Positions 30,894 to 39,338 of a stretch of 64,000 bases of DNA are shown piece after piece (positions within the stretch are counted from its first letter, which is position 1; each line of letters begins with the position of its first letter). The DNA lies in assembly GCA_963727805.1 (NCBI GenBank), contig CAVSHF010000004.1, positions 45,132 through 109,131 of the forward strand, in the 5' to 3' direction. Under the pieces are notes generated by a model. That model did not search any database. It was not told the DNA's origin and saw only the letters and a program-made list of their open reading frames with translations. The translations under genes were made by a program, and so were the position numbers. The stretch comes from an uncultured Nitrospiraceae bacterium (lineage in GTDB: Bacteria > Nitrospirota > Thermodesulfovibrionia > Thermodesulfovibrionales > Dissulfurispiraceae).

Positions 30894-30964
30894 TGGGGAG
30901 TCGTACAATGGCAGTACGGCAGGCTCTGGATCTGCTTATAGGGGTTCGAATCCTCTCTCCCCAG
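30894..30964 (+). tRNA. tRNA-Gln (CTG)
   Basis: Acceptor TGGGGAG/CTCCCCA, anticodon arm GCAGG-CTCTGGA-TCTGC, GTTCGAATC T-loop; CCA not encoded. Confidence 0.93.
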
Positions 30965-30971
30965 TCACAAT

Positions 30972-31047
30972 GGTCCCATCGTCTAGAGGCCTAGGACATA
31001 GCCCTCTCAAGGCTAAGACACGGGTTCGACTCCCGTTGGGACTACCA
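30972..31047 (+). tRNA. tRNA-Glu (CTC); integration target
   Basis: GGTCCCA...TGGGACT-ACCA, anticodon arm TAGCC-CTCTCAA-GGCTA, GTTCGACTC. Confidence 0.96.
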
Positions 31048-31438
31048 AAAAAACATATTAGTTCAGGGTTTTGTGGCAAGTAACACCTTGATCTATTGGA
31101 TTTTTATCACCATCAAGTGTTAACACTGTTGTGCGCTTGAATAGTCGCGCAGCTTTCGCACCGCAAGGCTAAGACACTGGTTCTAATCCATTTTGGATAA
31201 TCAAATAAAATTACGGCAAAAACAATGGGTTGCACCATTAATCCTTTCTTTTTAACCGCGTTATTCGTAGCAGCGTCATAAAAACGTCATGATGTCGAAT
31301 CCCACAATACACAGATTATTGATTCACATTTGATGCCGCGTCTTCTGTGCTGTCGGTAGTTAAACGTAGCGGCATCTAAAATTCGAGGCAAGCATTTGCC
31401 CGCCGCTCTATTGTAATTTGCCAGCTGAGCTAATTGTA
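31048..31438 (+). repeat. Conserved left-end sequence, copy 1 (copies at 38616-38873 and 53313-53703)
   Basis: Shared AAGTGTTAACAC, degenerate tRNA 3' half, GTCATAAAAACGT-AT-ATGTCGAATCCCACA. Confidence 0.9.
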
Positions 31439-31591
31439 GGGGATGTCGCTAAAAAGACGGGAATGCCGTTGTCTACAATTTCACGAATTGAGGGACTCAC
31501 GCATGGATTGCCTATGCTTTCAACCCTTAAAAAGATAGCCGATGCTCTTGATACAAAACTTGTGATAAGGATAGAGGGTAAAAGACGGTAG
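31439..31591 (+). pseudogene. 3' remnant of HTH antitoxin (paralog of 54093-54380)
   Basis: GDVAKKTGMPLSTISRIEGLTHGLPMLSTLKKIADALDTKLVIRIEGKRR-stop; 5' part missing. Confidence 0.85.
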
Positions 31592-31648
31592 AATGCCCTC
31601 TACTTCTCTATCTGGCAACCAATCAAATCAAGTTGTTTGTCCGTTTTC

Positions 31649-32371
31649 TCACTTTTGGCCTCGTCGTGAGCCATAGTTAGTGCGTTTATAAATCCTGATT
31701 TCATTCGTGTCCGGATCTTGAAAAACATTCTCAATTTTATTCCTTTTTGCGTTGTAGGTTATCGGCTCATCCAAAGAGTATGCGTAGAGCGGACGCAAGC
31801 TTCTCGCTGCACACAGCAGCGTCCGGAATACGTAATTCAGAAACGATCCAGTGTAACGGTAGCGCCGTATGCACGTTTCAAGTCTCTTTTGAATTTCATC
31901 GTCATATCCTTGCCAGCGAAATAAGCACTGATAACGGTCAATCCACACGTCAATAGTGTAACGAACAAGTTTGATGATCTCCCGTCTAGCTGACTGATTT
32001 CCGCACTGAGCCAATCGAACAAGTGCAATGCTGATAATGTCCTGCATGCGCCTTTCTTCTTGATCGGAGAATGCAATAAAAACGTATAAGTGTTCGTCAT
32101 ATCTCTTAAGGACGGCGCCGACCTCGGAAGAATTCTCATATGGCTTTCGGTTCTTGTGCCTTCGCCACGGAACCCACCGACGTTGGAATTTCCACTCCAG
32201 CGCATAGGTTACTCTATCCCAGTCTATATGACCGAGCTCCGTCCTGATATTCTTGTAAATGAAACGATAGCAATGTGGAGCGTGTTTCAGGATCCATGAA
32301 CTATTAAAAGCATCGGGATTTTGCCGATTCAAGGTCTCGTTGAGAATTACTATAACTTGATCGAAGATCAT
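31649..32371 (-). CDS. Conserved hypothetical protein with sigma-70 region-2-like C-terminal half (copy 1)
   Basis: Close paralog of 54441-55163; LVRLAQCGNQSARREII...SFLNYVFRTL...YSLDEPI; ATG 32371 after a GGGGG RBS. Confidence 0.6.
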   Translation of the reverse strand: MIFDQVIVILNETLNRQNPDAFNSSWILKHAPHCYRFIYKNIRTELGHIDWDRVTYALEWKFQRRWVPWRRHKNRKPYENSSEVGAVLKRYDEHLYVFIAFSDQEERRMQDIISIALVRLAQCGNQSARREIIKLVRYTIDVWIDRYQCLFRWQGYDDEIQKRLETCIRRYRYTGSFLNYVFRTLLCAARSLRPLYAYSLDEPITYNAKRNKIENVFQDPDTNEIRIYKRTNYGSRRGQK

Positions 32372-32505
32372 CAGTACCCCCCCAAATATGAGAAAATATA
32401 TGGTATTGTACTGTACGATTAGACGCGTTATGAAACTAGACAAGATAATAACGTTCAGGCAGAAAAATTATCTGCTGATTGTACTGCCAAAGGCGGTCCG
32501 TAATC

Positions 32506-34908
32506 TTGAAAGGTGATTCCGCAAACACGCTTAAAGAAGAAATAGCTGAAATCGAGTCTCGCCTCGCCGAACTATATAAGGAACGGGACAGCCTTGATGA
32601 GCGTCTTCAGTCCTTGCAGGTAAAACTGCGGGAAGTTCTGTCGAATAATCAGCAAAAGAAGACTGTATCAGTCATTCTTTCGCCTGAAGAAAAAATTCAT
32701 ATTTTCCGTGATCTTTTCCGTGGTCGAGAAGACGTCTATCCTAAACTCTGGACAAGTAAGAAGACAGGAGCAAAGGGGTACAGTCCCGTTTGCCTTAAAG
32801 AGTGGCAATCAGGCGTATGTAGAAAGCCGACGGTAAAATGTAGCGAATGTAACAATCGGGCCTTCGCACCAGTGACCGATAGTGTCATAAGACAGCACCT
32901 TGACGGACAGATTACAGCCGGTGTGTATCCTTTGCTTGAAGATGACACATGCTGGTTCCTTGCTGTTGATTTCGATAAAAAAGAATGGGAGAAAGACGCA
33001 ATTGCCTTTCTGACAACATGCGAAGCAAACGCAATTTTGGCTTACATTGAGCGGTCCAGATCCGGTAACGGTGCGCACGTCTGGATCTTTTTCAGTGAGC
33101 CAGTCCCGGCTGTACTGGCCCGCCAGCTCGGTGAGTTCCTCATAACTGAAACCATGGAGGAAAGGCATGAGCTCGATATGAAGAGCTACGACAGATTCTT
33201 TCCCAACCAGGACACTCTTCCAAGAGGTGGGTTCGGTAATCTGATAGCGCTTCCACTTCAGAAAATTCCGCGTGAAACAGGCAATAGCGTCTTTGTCGAT
33301 AAGAGCCTTACTCCTTATCCTAATCAGTGGGCTATCCTTGGCAATGTCGGCCACATCTCTTTTCCAGAACTATCTCAATTTCTCGAAGAGAACATCAAGG
33401 CAAAAGGCCTCCTTGGAATTAGAACGAGCCAGGGCGACGACGAGTCTGCACCTTGGGAAAGCCAGTCACTGTCCAAGCGCGTATTCACAAAGCTCACATG
33501 TGCCCTACCTGATCAAATAACCGTTGTTATCGCCAACAGGCTGTACATTAATGAAGAAGGTCTTCCTTCCCAACTTATAACTCGTATAAAACGTCTAGCA
33601 TCATTTCAGAACCCTGAATTCTTTAAGAAACAAAGCATGCGCTTCTCGACGGCGAAAACTCCAAGAGTCATTTGTTGCGCCGAAGAGGTTAATTCATTCG
33701 TCGCTTTGCCACGAGGCTGTCTGGAAGATCTTGGTAAACTCTTATCGATTAATGATATTAACCTCGCCATCGACGACAAGAGATTTAGCGGTGAACCTGC
33801 CGATTTCATATTCCAAGGTGAACTTAATTCGCTCCAGAAAAAAGTTCTGAAGGAGATGCTTAATTATGATACCGGGGTTTTCGTTGCTCCTCCCGGCATA
33901 GGAAAGACAATTTTGGGCATCAAACTTATAGCCGAAAGAAAGGTAAATGCTCTTATTCTGGTCCATCGCAAACCGCTTCTTGATCAGTGGCGTGCCCAAA
34001 TTGCATCATTTTTAGATATGGATATAACGAATGTTGGACAGATCGGCGGAGCTAAAGATAAAGCAACGGGAATCATTGATGTCGCTATGCTTCAGAGCCT
34101 GGACAAAGAGGATGGCATAGACGATAGGGTCAAGCAGTACGGGCAGATAATCGTAGATGAATGCCATCATATCTCTGCGGTTTCCTTTGAGCGCGTCATG
34201 ATGGCGTCAAACGCGAAGTATGTTACTGGCCTCACTGCTACACCTTATCGGAGGGATGGGCATCAGCCAATTATTATCATGCAGTGTGGCCCAATTCGTT
34301 ATTCTGTGAGCACGAAGTCAGTGACGAAAGAGGCTTCGTTTCGACAGCTTTTAGTCGAACGTAAGACAGACTTTTCATGCGAATGGGTCGAAGGCGACCA
34401 TATTACTTCGATTTGGCCACCGCTGATAGCCGATGCTGCCAGAAACGATCTCATCTGTTCGGACGTACCTAATTGCCTCTCGGAAAGGCGCTCTCCCATT
34501 ATTCTTACTGAAAGAAAAGAACACCTTGAATTGTTGAGAGGCTTATTAGAAGGATCAGTTGAGCATTTGGTCGTGTTGCATGGTGGGATGAAAGCCCCAC
34601 AGCGAAGGGAGATGCTCCAGAGGCTTTTCAATACCCCGGAGACCGAAAAGCGTGCTATTTTGGCAACCGGACCATATATTGGGGAAGGGTTTGACGATCC
34701 GAGACTTGATACACTTTTTCTGGCTATGCCCTTTTCTTTCAAAGGAAAGATGGTGCAGTATGCCGGCAGACTTCATCGCCAGCGTGAAAACAAGACTGAG
34801 ATAAGAATTTACGATTACGTCGATAGTAAGATGCCGCTTCTCGATAAAATGTATAAAAGGAGATTGAAGGCTTATAAGTCTCTTGGATATGAGAAACTGG
34901 AGTTGTAA
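32506..34908 (+). CDS. AEP primase-like (TOTE-type) domain plus SF2 DEAD/DEAH helicase fusion (copy 1)
   Basis: FRGREDVY, Cys cluster, FLAVDFD, ERSRSGNGAHVW, GNLIALPLQ; APPGIGKT, DECHH, TATP, QYAGRLHR; TTG start aligns with the ATG of copy 2. Confidence 0.8.
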   Translation: MKGDSANTLKEEIAEIESRLAELYKERDSLDERLQSLQVKLREVLSNNQQKKTVSVILSPEEKIHIFRDLFRGREDVYPKLWTSKKTGAKGYSPVCLKEWQSGVCRKPTVKCSECNNRAFAPVTDSVIRQHLDGQITAGVYPLLEDDTCWFLAVDFDKKEWEKDAIAFLTTCEANAILAYIERSRSGNGAHVWIFFSEPVPAVLARQLGEFLITETMEERHELDMKSYDRFFPNQDTLPRGGFGNLIALPLQKIPRETGNSVFVDKSLTPYPNQWAILGNVGHISFPELSQFLEENIKAKGLLGIRTSQGDDESAPWESQSLSKRVFTKLTCALPDQITVVIANRLYINEEGLPSQLITRIKRLASFQNPEFFKKQSMRFSTAKTPRVICCAEEVNSFVALPRGCLEDLGKLLSINDINLAIDDKRFSGEPADFIFQGELNSLQKKVLKEMLNYDTGVFVAPPGIGKTILGIKLIAERKVNALILVHRKPLLDQWRAQIASFLDMDITNVGQIGGAKDKATGIIDVAMLQSLDKEDGIDDRVKQYGQIIVDECHHISAVSFERVMMASNAKYVTGLTATPYRRDGHQPIIIMQCGPIRYSVSTKSVTKEASFRQLLVERKTDFSCEWVEGDHITSIWPPLIADAARNDLICSDVPNCLSERRSPIILTERKEHLELLRGLLEGSVEHLVVLHGGMKAPQRREMLQRLFNTPETEKRAILATGPYIGEGFDDPRLDTLFLAMPFSFKGKMVQYAGRLHRQRENKTEIRIYDYVDSKMPLLDKMYKRRLKAYKSLGYEKLEL

Positions 34909-35013
34909 GGTAATTTTGGGACAGATTAATATATTAACAAAATAAGGCATATTTACATATATTCAGATAATAGGTATAATTAAATATAACGTAGGAAGGG
35001 CGGGTGATAACAA

Positions 35014-35259
35014 ATGGAAACAGTCATAGTTGGAGAAAGAGGGCAGGTGACAATCCCGAAGAAATTGAGGGATCGTTTCGGCATTAAATCAAAGTCTCCT
35101 GTTGTTTTTGAACTCAGGGAAGACGGGATTATGATCAAGCCGGCCATGACCGTAACGATACGGGAGTTCCCGGACGACTTTATAAGGGAGATCACTGAGG
35201 CGGATCAACTGAAATCTGCGGAAAGGAAGGATATTCTCTCTAGATGGAGAAAAAAATAA
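35014..35259 (+). CDS. AbrB/MazE/SpoVT-family antitoxin
   Basis: VGERGQVTIPKKLRDRFGI; overlaps the PIN gene. Confidence 0.88.
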   Translation: METVIVGERGQVTIPKKLRDRFGIKSKSPVVFELREDGIMIKPAMTVTIREFPDDFIREITEADQLKSAERKDILSRWRKK

Positions 35260-35672
35260 AGGTCTTTCTCGATAGTAATGTCCTGTTTTCGATCGCGTAT
35301 ACGGGCAAGGAGAAATCGCGTTCATACTTAATCTATGAGATCCAGGGTATGGGCATCATTCAAGTATGTCTTTCAAAGCTGGTCTGCGAGGAGACTTTGT
35401 CGAATATCAGAAGAAAGAAGCCTGATTCGGAAAGCCTTCTCAAAGAGCTGATCGAGAAATCGAAGATATTGGGAGATATTGCCGCAGACCTGAAGCATGC
35501 GGAGATACGGAAACTCCCACAGAATGACCGGATTATTCTCACGACAGCTATCTATCATAAGGCAGACATCTTTGTGACCGGAAATGAGAAGGATTTCAGA
35601 AAACTTTATCATAAGAGGGTTTTTAATACTATAGTGCTTAGACCGATCGATTTCCTTAATATGAACTTTTAA
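35244..35672 (+). CDS. PIN-domain toxin (VapC-like)
   Basis: VFLDSNVLFS, E, DRIIL, VTGNEKDF. Confidence 0.85.
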   Translation: MEKKIKVFLDSNVLFSIAYTGKEKSRSYLIYEIQGMGIIQVCLSKLVCEETLSNIRRKKPDSESLLKELIEKSKILGDIAADLKHAEIRKLPQNDRIILTTAIYHKADIFVTGNEKDFRKLYHKRVFNTIVLRPIDFLNMNF

Positions 35673-35827
35673 TCATTGTTTAAAGCGTATATACGCTACT
35701 TTATCTTTGTCCACTGCCCGTTTCTAAAACTGCTACTTACGGGAGACGCGATAATATGAAACACCGGCGAAATCCGCAGGCAAGGCAAAGGAACGTTAGT
35801 CGTGATGGATATCTAGCCTAAGTCGAT

Positions 35828-35982
35828 GTCATAAAAACGTCATAAATTTAGCGGAAAACAAAGGAATCCAAGGGAATCCATAGGAAAACTCAAAACGCTG
35901 AAATGGCATTTAAAACAGTCTGTTATAATAAAATATGTAGGTATTTCAAGCCTGCTTAAAAAACCTATCTACGTACTCTCAA
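35828..35982 (+). repeat. 155-bp right-end sequence, copy 1
   Basis: GTCATAAAAACGTCATAAATTTAGCGGAAAACA...GGTATTTCAAGCCTG...ACTCTCAA; copies at 53121-53275 and 57916-58070. Confidence 0.92.
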
Positions 35983-36193
35983 CTCCACGACACTCAGATG
36001 ATTAGACTGATCATGTGTTCGATGCACTGACCGGGTAGATCATTATTTTTAAGGCAGGCAGGAACCCTGAAAAAGCCTGTTAGCCCTACAATTTGGATCC
36101 GCTTGCGTGTCCCTTCCTGCATTAAGGTATACTTTGTTGACGGGTTGTTGAGGATGATTAATTTCGAAGTAGGTAAACGGGAGACTGTCAATT

Positions 36194-37546
36194 ATGAATA
36201 ATGTTGGGAGAAATGATCCCTGCCCTTGTGGCAGTGGAAAGAAATACAAGAAATGTTGCCTTGCAGAAACCTTTCTGCAAGTTGGCAAGGAAGACTCCAT
36301 CCAAAAACAGCTTGTAGCGGAACTCCAGAACTTCTACAACAAGAATTATAAGGACACCGTTGAAGAAGCCCATGCAATGTTCTGGGATGACTTTATTCCA
36401 CGAGAACACCTTGAAGGTCATGACCTTGATATCGCTTATCAAAACTTCTTTGAATGGATTACCTTTGATTTCATTATAGATCCCGATACCGACAAGACTC
36501 TCGTAGACCTCTATATGGAGCGGAATAAGAGATTGTCACAAGACCAATATAAAATCCTGACTCTCATGAAGAACTCCGTCATAAGTCTATTTGAGGTCCA
36601 GGAGGTCTTTCCTGAGAAGGGACTGTTGCTGAAGGACTTACTGCTGGGTGGGGAATATGATGTAAAGGAAAAGTCTGCTACCCGGAGTCTTAAACGATAC
36701 GATATTTTTGCTGCCCGGCTATTGCTGATTGATGGTCAATATATCATGAGCGGTTCAGTCTTCCCATATAGCATCATGAGGAAAGAAAAGATTCTCGATG
36801 ACATCATGAACGAGTTCCGAGAGTATCAAGAGGCATTGTCCGATGGCACTATGGATATGTTCCTGAAGGAGGCAGGTGATTTATTCAACTTCCACTGGTA
36901 TTTTCCAATCCAATATCCACCGCCGCCGCTGAAACTGCATACCACAAGTGGAGAACCGGTGCTGATTTCCAGAGCGCTATTTGAGATTAAGGATCATGAG
37001 GCCGTCAAGATAGGGTTGCCCAAAATCAAGGGATTTGAACAAGACCACGATGGTTTTACTTGGTATGACAAGAGGAAGCCGGATGGTAGTGCCACGATCC
37101 TTGGCACAATCGAGATCAAGGGTAATAAACTTACACTTGCATGCCATTCAAAGAAAAGACTTGACCGCGGCAAGAAACTTATTCTCGGGGCTCTATCCAA
37201 TACCGTTGTCCACAAGTTAGACACATTTCAAGATCCGATGGAAGCCATTAAATCTCTCAAGGAACAAGCTCCCAATACCACCCCTGAGAATGACTTGCCG
37301 ATGGAGATCCAGCAACGACTATATTATCAGTTCATGCAGAACCACTATGAGAAATGGTTTAGTGATAGAATCCCAGTTCTTGATAACAAGACCCCGTTGG
37401 AGGCTGTTAAGACTGAAGCGGGAAAGCTAAAAGTTATAGAGTTACTTAAACTATATGAAAATGGAGAGGAACTGAATAAACGGGAATCCAGGCCTTATTA
37501 TGACCTTGCTTGGGTTTGGCAACGACTTGGCATTGAAAAGGAATAG
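36194..37546 (+). CDS. SEC-C zinc-motif protein with Xre/MbcA/ParS-like C-terminal domain
   Basis: GRNDPCPCGSGKKYKKCC; C-terminal WFSDRIPVLDNKTPLEAVKTEAGKLKVIELLK. Confidence 0.7.
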   Translation: MNNVGRNDPCPCGSGKKYKKCCLAETFLQVGKEDSIQKQLVAELQNFYNKNYKDTVEEAHAMFWDDFIPREHLEGHDLDIAYQNFFEWITFDFIIDPDTDKTLVDLYMERNKRLSQDQYKILTLMKNSVISLFEVQEVFPEKGLLLKDLLLGGEYDVKEKSATRSLKRYDIFAARLLLIDGQYIMSGSVFPYSIMRKEKILDDIMNEFREYQEALSDGTMDMFLKEAGDLFNFHWYFPIQYPPPPLKLHTTSGEPVLISRALFEIKDHEAVKIGLPKIKGFEQDHDGFTWYDKRKPDGSATILGTIEIKGNKLTLACHSKKRLDRGKKLILGALSNTVVHKLDTFQDPMEAIKSLKEQAPNTTPENDLPMEIQQRLYYQFMQNHYEKWFSDRIPVLDNKTPLEAVKTEAGKLKVIELLKLYENGEELNKRESRPYYDLAWVWQRLGIEKE

Positions 37547-37677
37547 ATACAAGCCAGGGAAATGTATCAAAGGTGGCCGGGATTAATTGCTGGTCTTTTG
37601 TCCTCTTGACATGAGTTAACGTGCAGGTGAACATCTTAATGGGTGAAGGTCTTTGCTGAACACAAAAAAGCGGGATC

Positions 37678-37947
37678 TTATTTATAAACATCACCACGAG
37701 GCGCGATATTGACAATGGCTATGGTGAGAATCTCCGGCATTAACGCAAAGACGATCCGATAATCGCCAACGCGAAGACGGTAAAGTCCCCTCAACTCGCC
37801 GGTCAACGGTTTTACATGGCGGTGTTCAATAGGTGAGTTGCATTCAGCCAACTCCTGGAGATCTTTTTTTATCCGCTTGCGAAGGTCCCTGTCGAGCCGG
37901 GTGAAATAGGCTTCAGCTTTGGACGATATCTTAATCGTCCAGGTCAT
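37678..37947 (-). CDS. RelE/ParE-family toxin
   Basis: KPLTGELRGLYRLRVGDYRIVF...PRGDVYK. Confidence 0.9.
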   Translation of the reverse strand: MTWTIKISSKAEAYFTRLDRDLRKRIKKDLQELAECNSPIEHRHVKPLTGELRGLYRLRVGDYRIVFALMPEILTIAIVNIAPRGDVYK

Positions 37948-38170
37948 TTAAGATTTTCCCGCCACCAGCGTGGATTTCGGCTAGGCCCTCTTTGCACTCT
38001 TCTAGGAAGCCGGGTATGCCAAGCAGTTCTAGGGTCTCTTTGTGTCTACCAATATACTCATCGGTCAGTTCCGTATATATGTCGGAAAGCGATCTATTTT
38101 CGTAACCTGCGATAGCTCTGATGACCTTGAGGCGGTCATCAGGTAGTCTTAATGTCGTTGAGCCTTTCAT
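37931..38170 (-). CDS. Antitoxin (ribbon-helix-helix-like)
   Basis: STTLRLPDD N-terminus, acidic C-terminus, overlaps the relE start. Confidence 0.75.
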   Translation of the reverse strand: MKGSTTLRLPDDRLKVIRAIAGYENRSLSDIYTELTDEYIGRHKETLELLGIPGFLEECKEGLAEIHAGGGKILNDLDD

Positions 38171-38569
38171 TGTTTTTCACCAGTCCTTATAAGATACTTA
38201 CTGTATTAATATTATAATACTATGATATTACAATATCAAGACACTCACATGTTATGGCAGTAAACTAACAGGATCGATTACAGGGAACTACGTTGGAAGC
38301 TCTCCTTTTTCAGCAGTCCAGATCAAGATCTTGATTTGCACCGTTTTGCATGTGGGGGGCTGCCTGAGCGATTACTGGTCGGGCATGTGGGGTCCTTTTA
38401 AGTGTCAACACTTTTGTCAACATATATGAAAGAAATAGGCACTTTTTACCGGAAATAATGGTAAATAAGAGAAATGACAGAAATAACAGAAAGCTCAAAA
38501 CACCCTGAAAACTAAAGTAAATCGCCCAAACCGTTGACAGACAATAGAATTAATAAAATGCTACTAACA

Positions 38570-38615
38570 CCCTCTCAAGGCTAAGACACGGGTTCGACTC
38601 CCGTTGGGACTACCA
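38570..38615 (+). repeat. att-like direct repeat: tRNA-Glu 3' half
   Basis: Identical to 31002-31047 (CCCTCTCAAGGCTAAGACACGGGTTCGACTCCCGTTGGGACTACCA). Confidence 0.95.
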
Positions 38616-39338
38616 ATAAAGCATTTTAGTTCACGGTTATATGGCCGGCAACCTACTGATCTATTTTATTTTTCTCACTATCAAGTGTTAACACGTTTGT
38701 GCGCTTGAATAGTCCTGCAGCGTTGCCTTCGCAAGGCTAAGACACTGGTTCGCATCCATTTTGGATACGAAATAATATTGCAACAAAAACAAGGTGTTGC
38801 ACCATCAACCATTTCTTTTTAAACGAATCATTATTAGCAACGTCATAAAAACGTAATAATGTCGAATCCCACACCTCCAGGTTTCACTGAGAAGAGTAAA
38901 CGTTAGTTTCCCGTTCTAGTGCTCGCGTGTTTTTTTAACTGCGGATAAGGAATTAGTACGGGGAGGTGGCAAAAGTATGTGGGATGAACTTACCGATTAT
39001 TTGATCATCGTATAGTTGAAAGTCAATACATCCCAAAATATTTTAGCATCTTACCAAAGATAAGGGCATCCTCCATCTCGGTATTCATCATGTTTGAAGT
39101 GCTGATGTGTTGTATCGGCAATAATCGATAGTCGTTTCAAAATATCACCGAGATAGTTCTATCAATTGCATGTCGTAATTATTGAGGGCAGCCACATCAA
39201 GGCTGCTGACTTAGTCCTGCTGAAAACGCTGTACCGCCAGCATACGAAATCTGATGATTTGCAAAATAATCTATCAGTGCTCCCGCTACACAATTGGAGC
39301 ATTAGACAGCATCACGCACGTGCCATTTCTTTATTCTT

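Noticed and set aside
30894..30967. tRNA-Gln lacking an encoded CCA (ends G-TCA)
   Set aside because: Common in bacteria; CCA can be added enzymatically and the cloverleaf is intact
30856..31083. 75-aa ORF in the track
   Set aside because: Overlaps the two tRNA genes; spurious
38570..38615. Possible extra tRNA-Glu genes at 38570 and 53269
   Set aside because: Only the anticodon loop to CCA is present; no 5' acceptor strand or D-arm upstream, so these are att repeats
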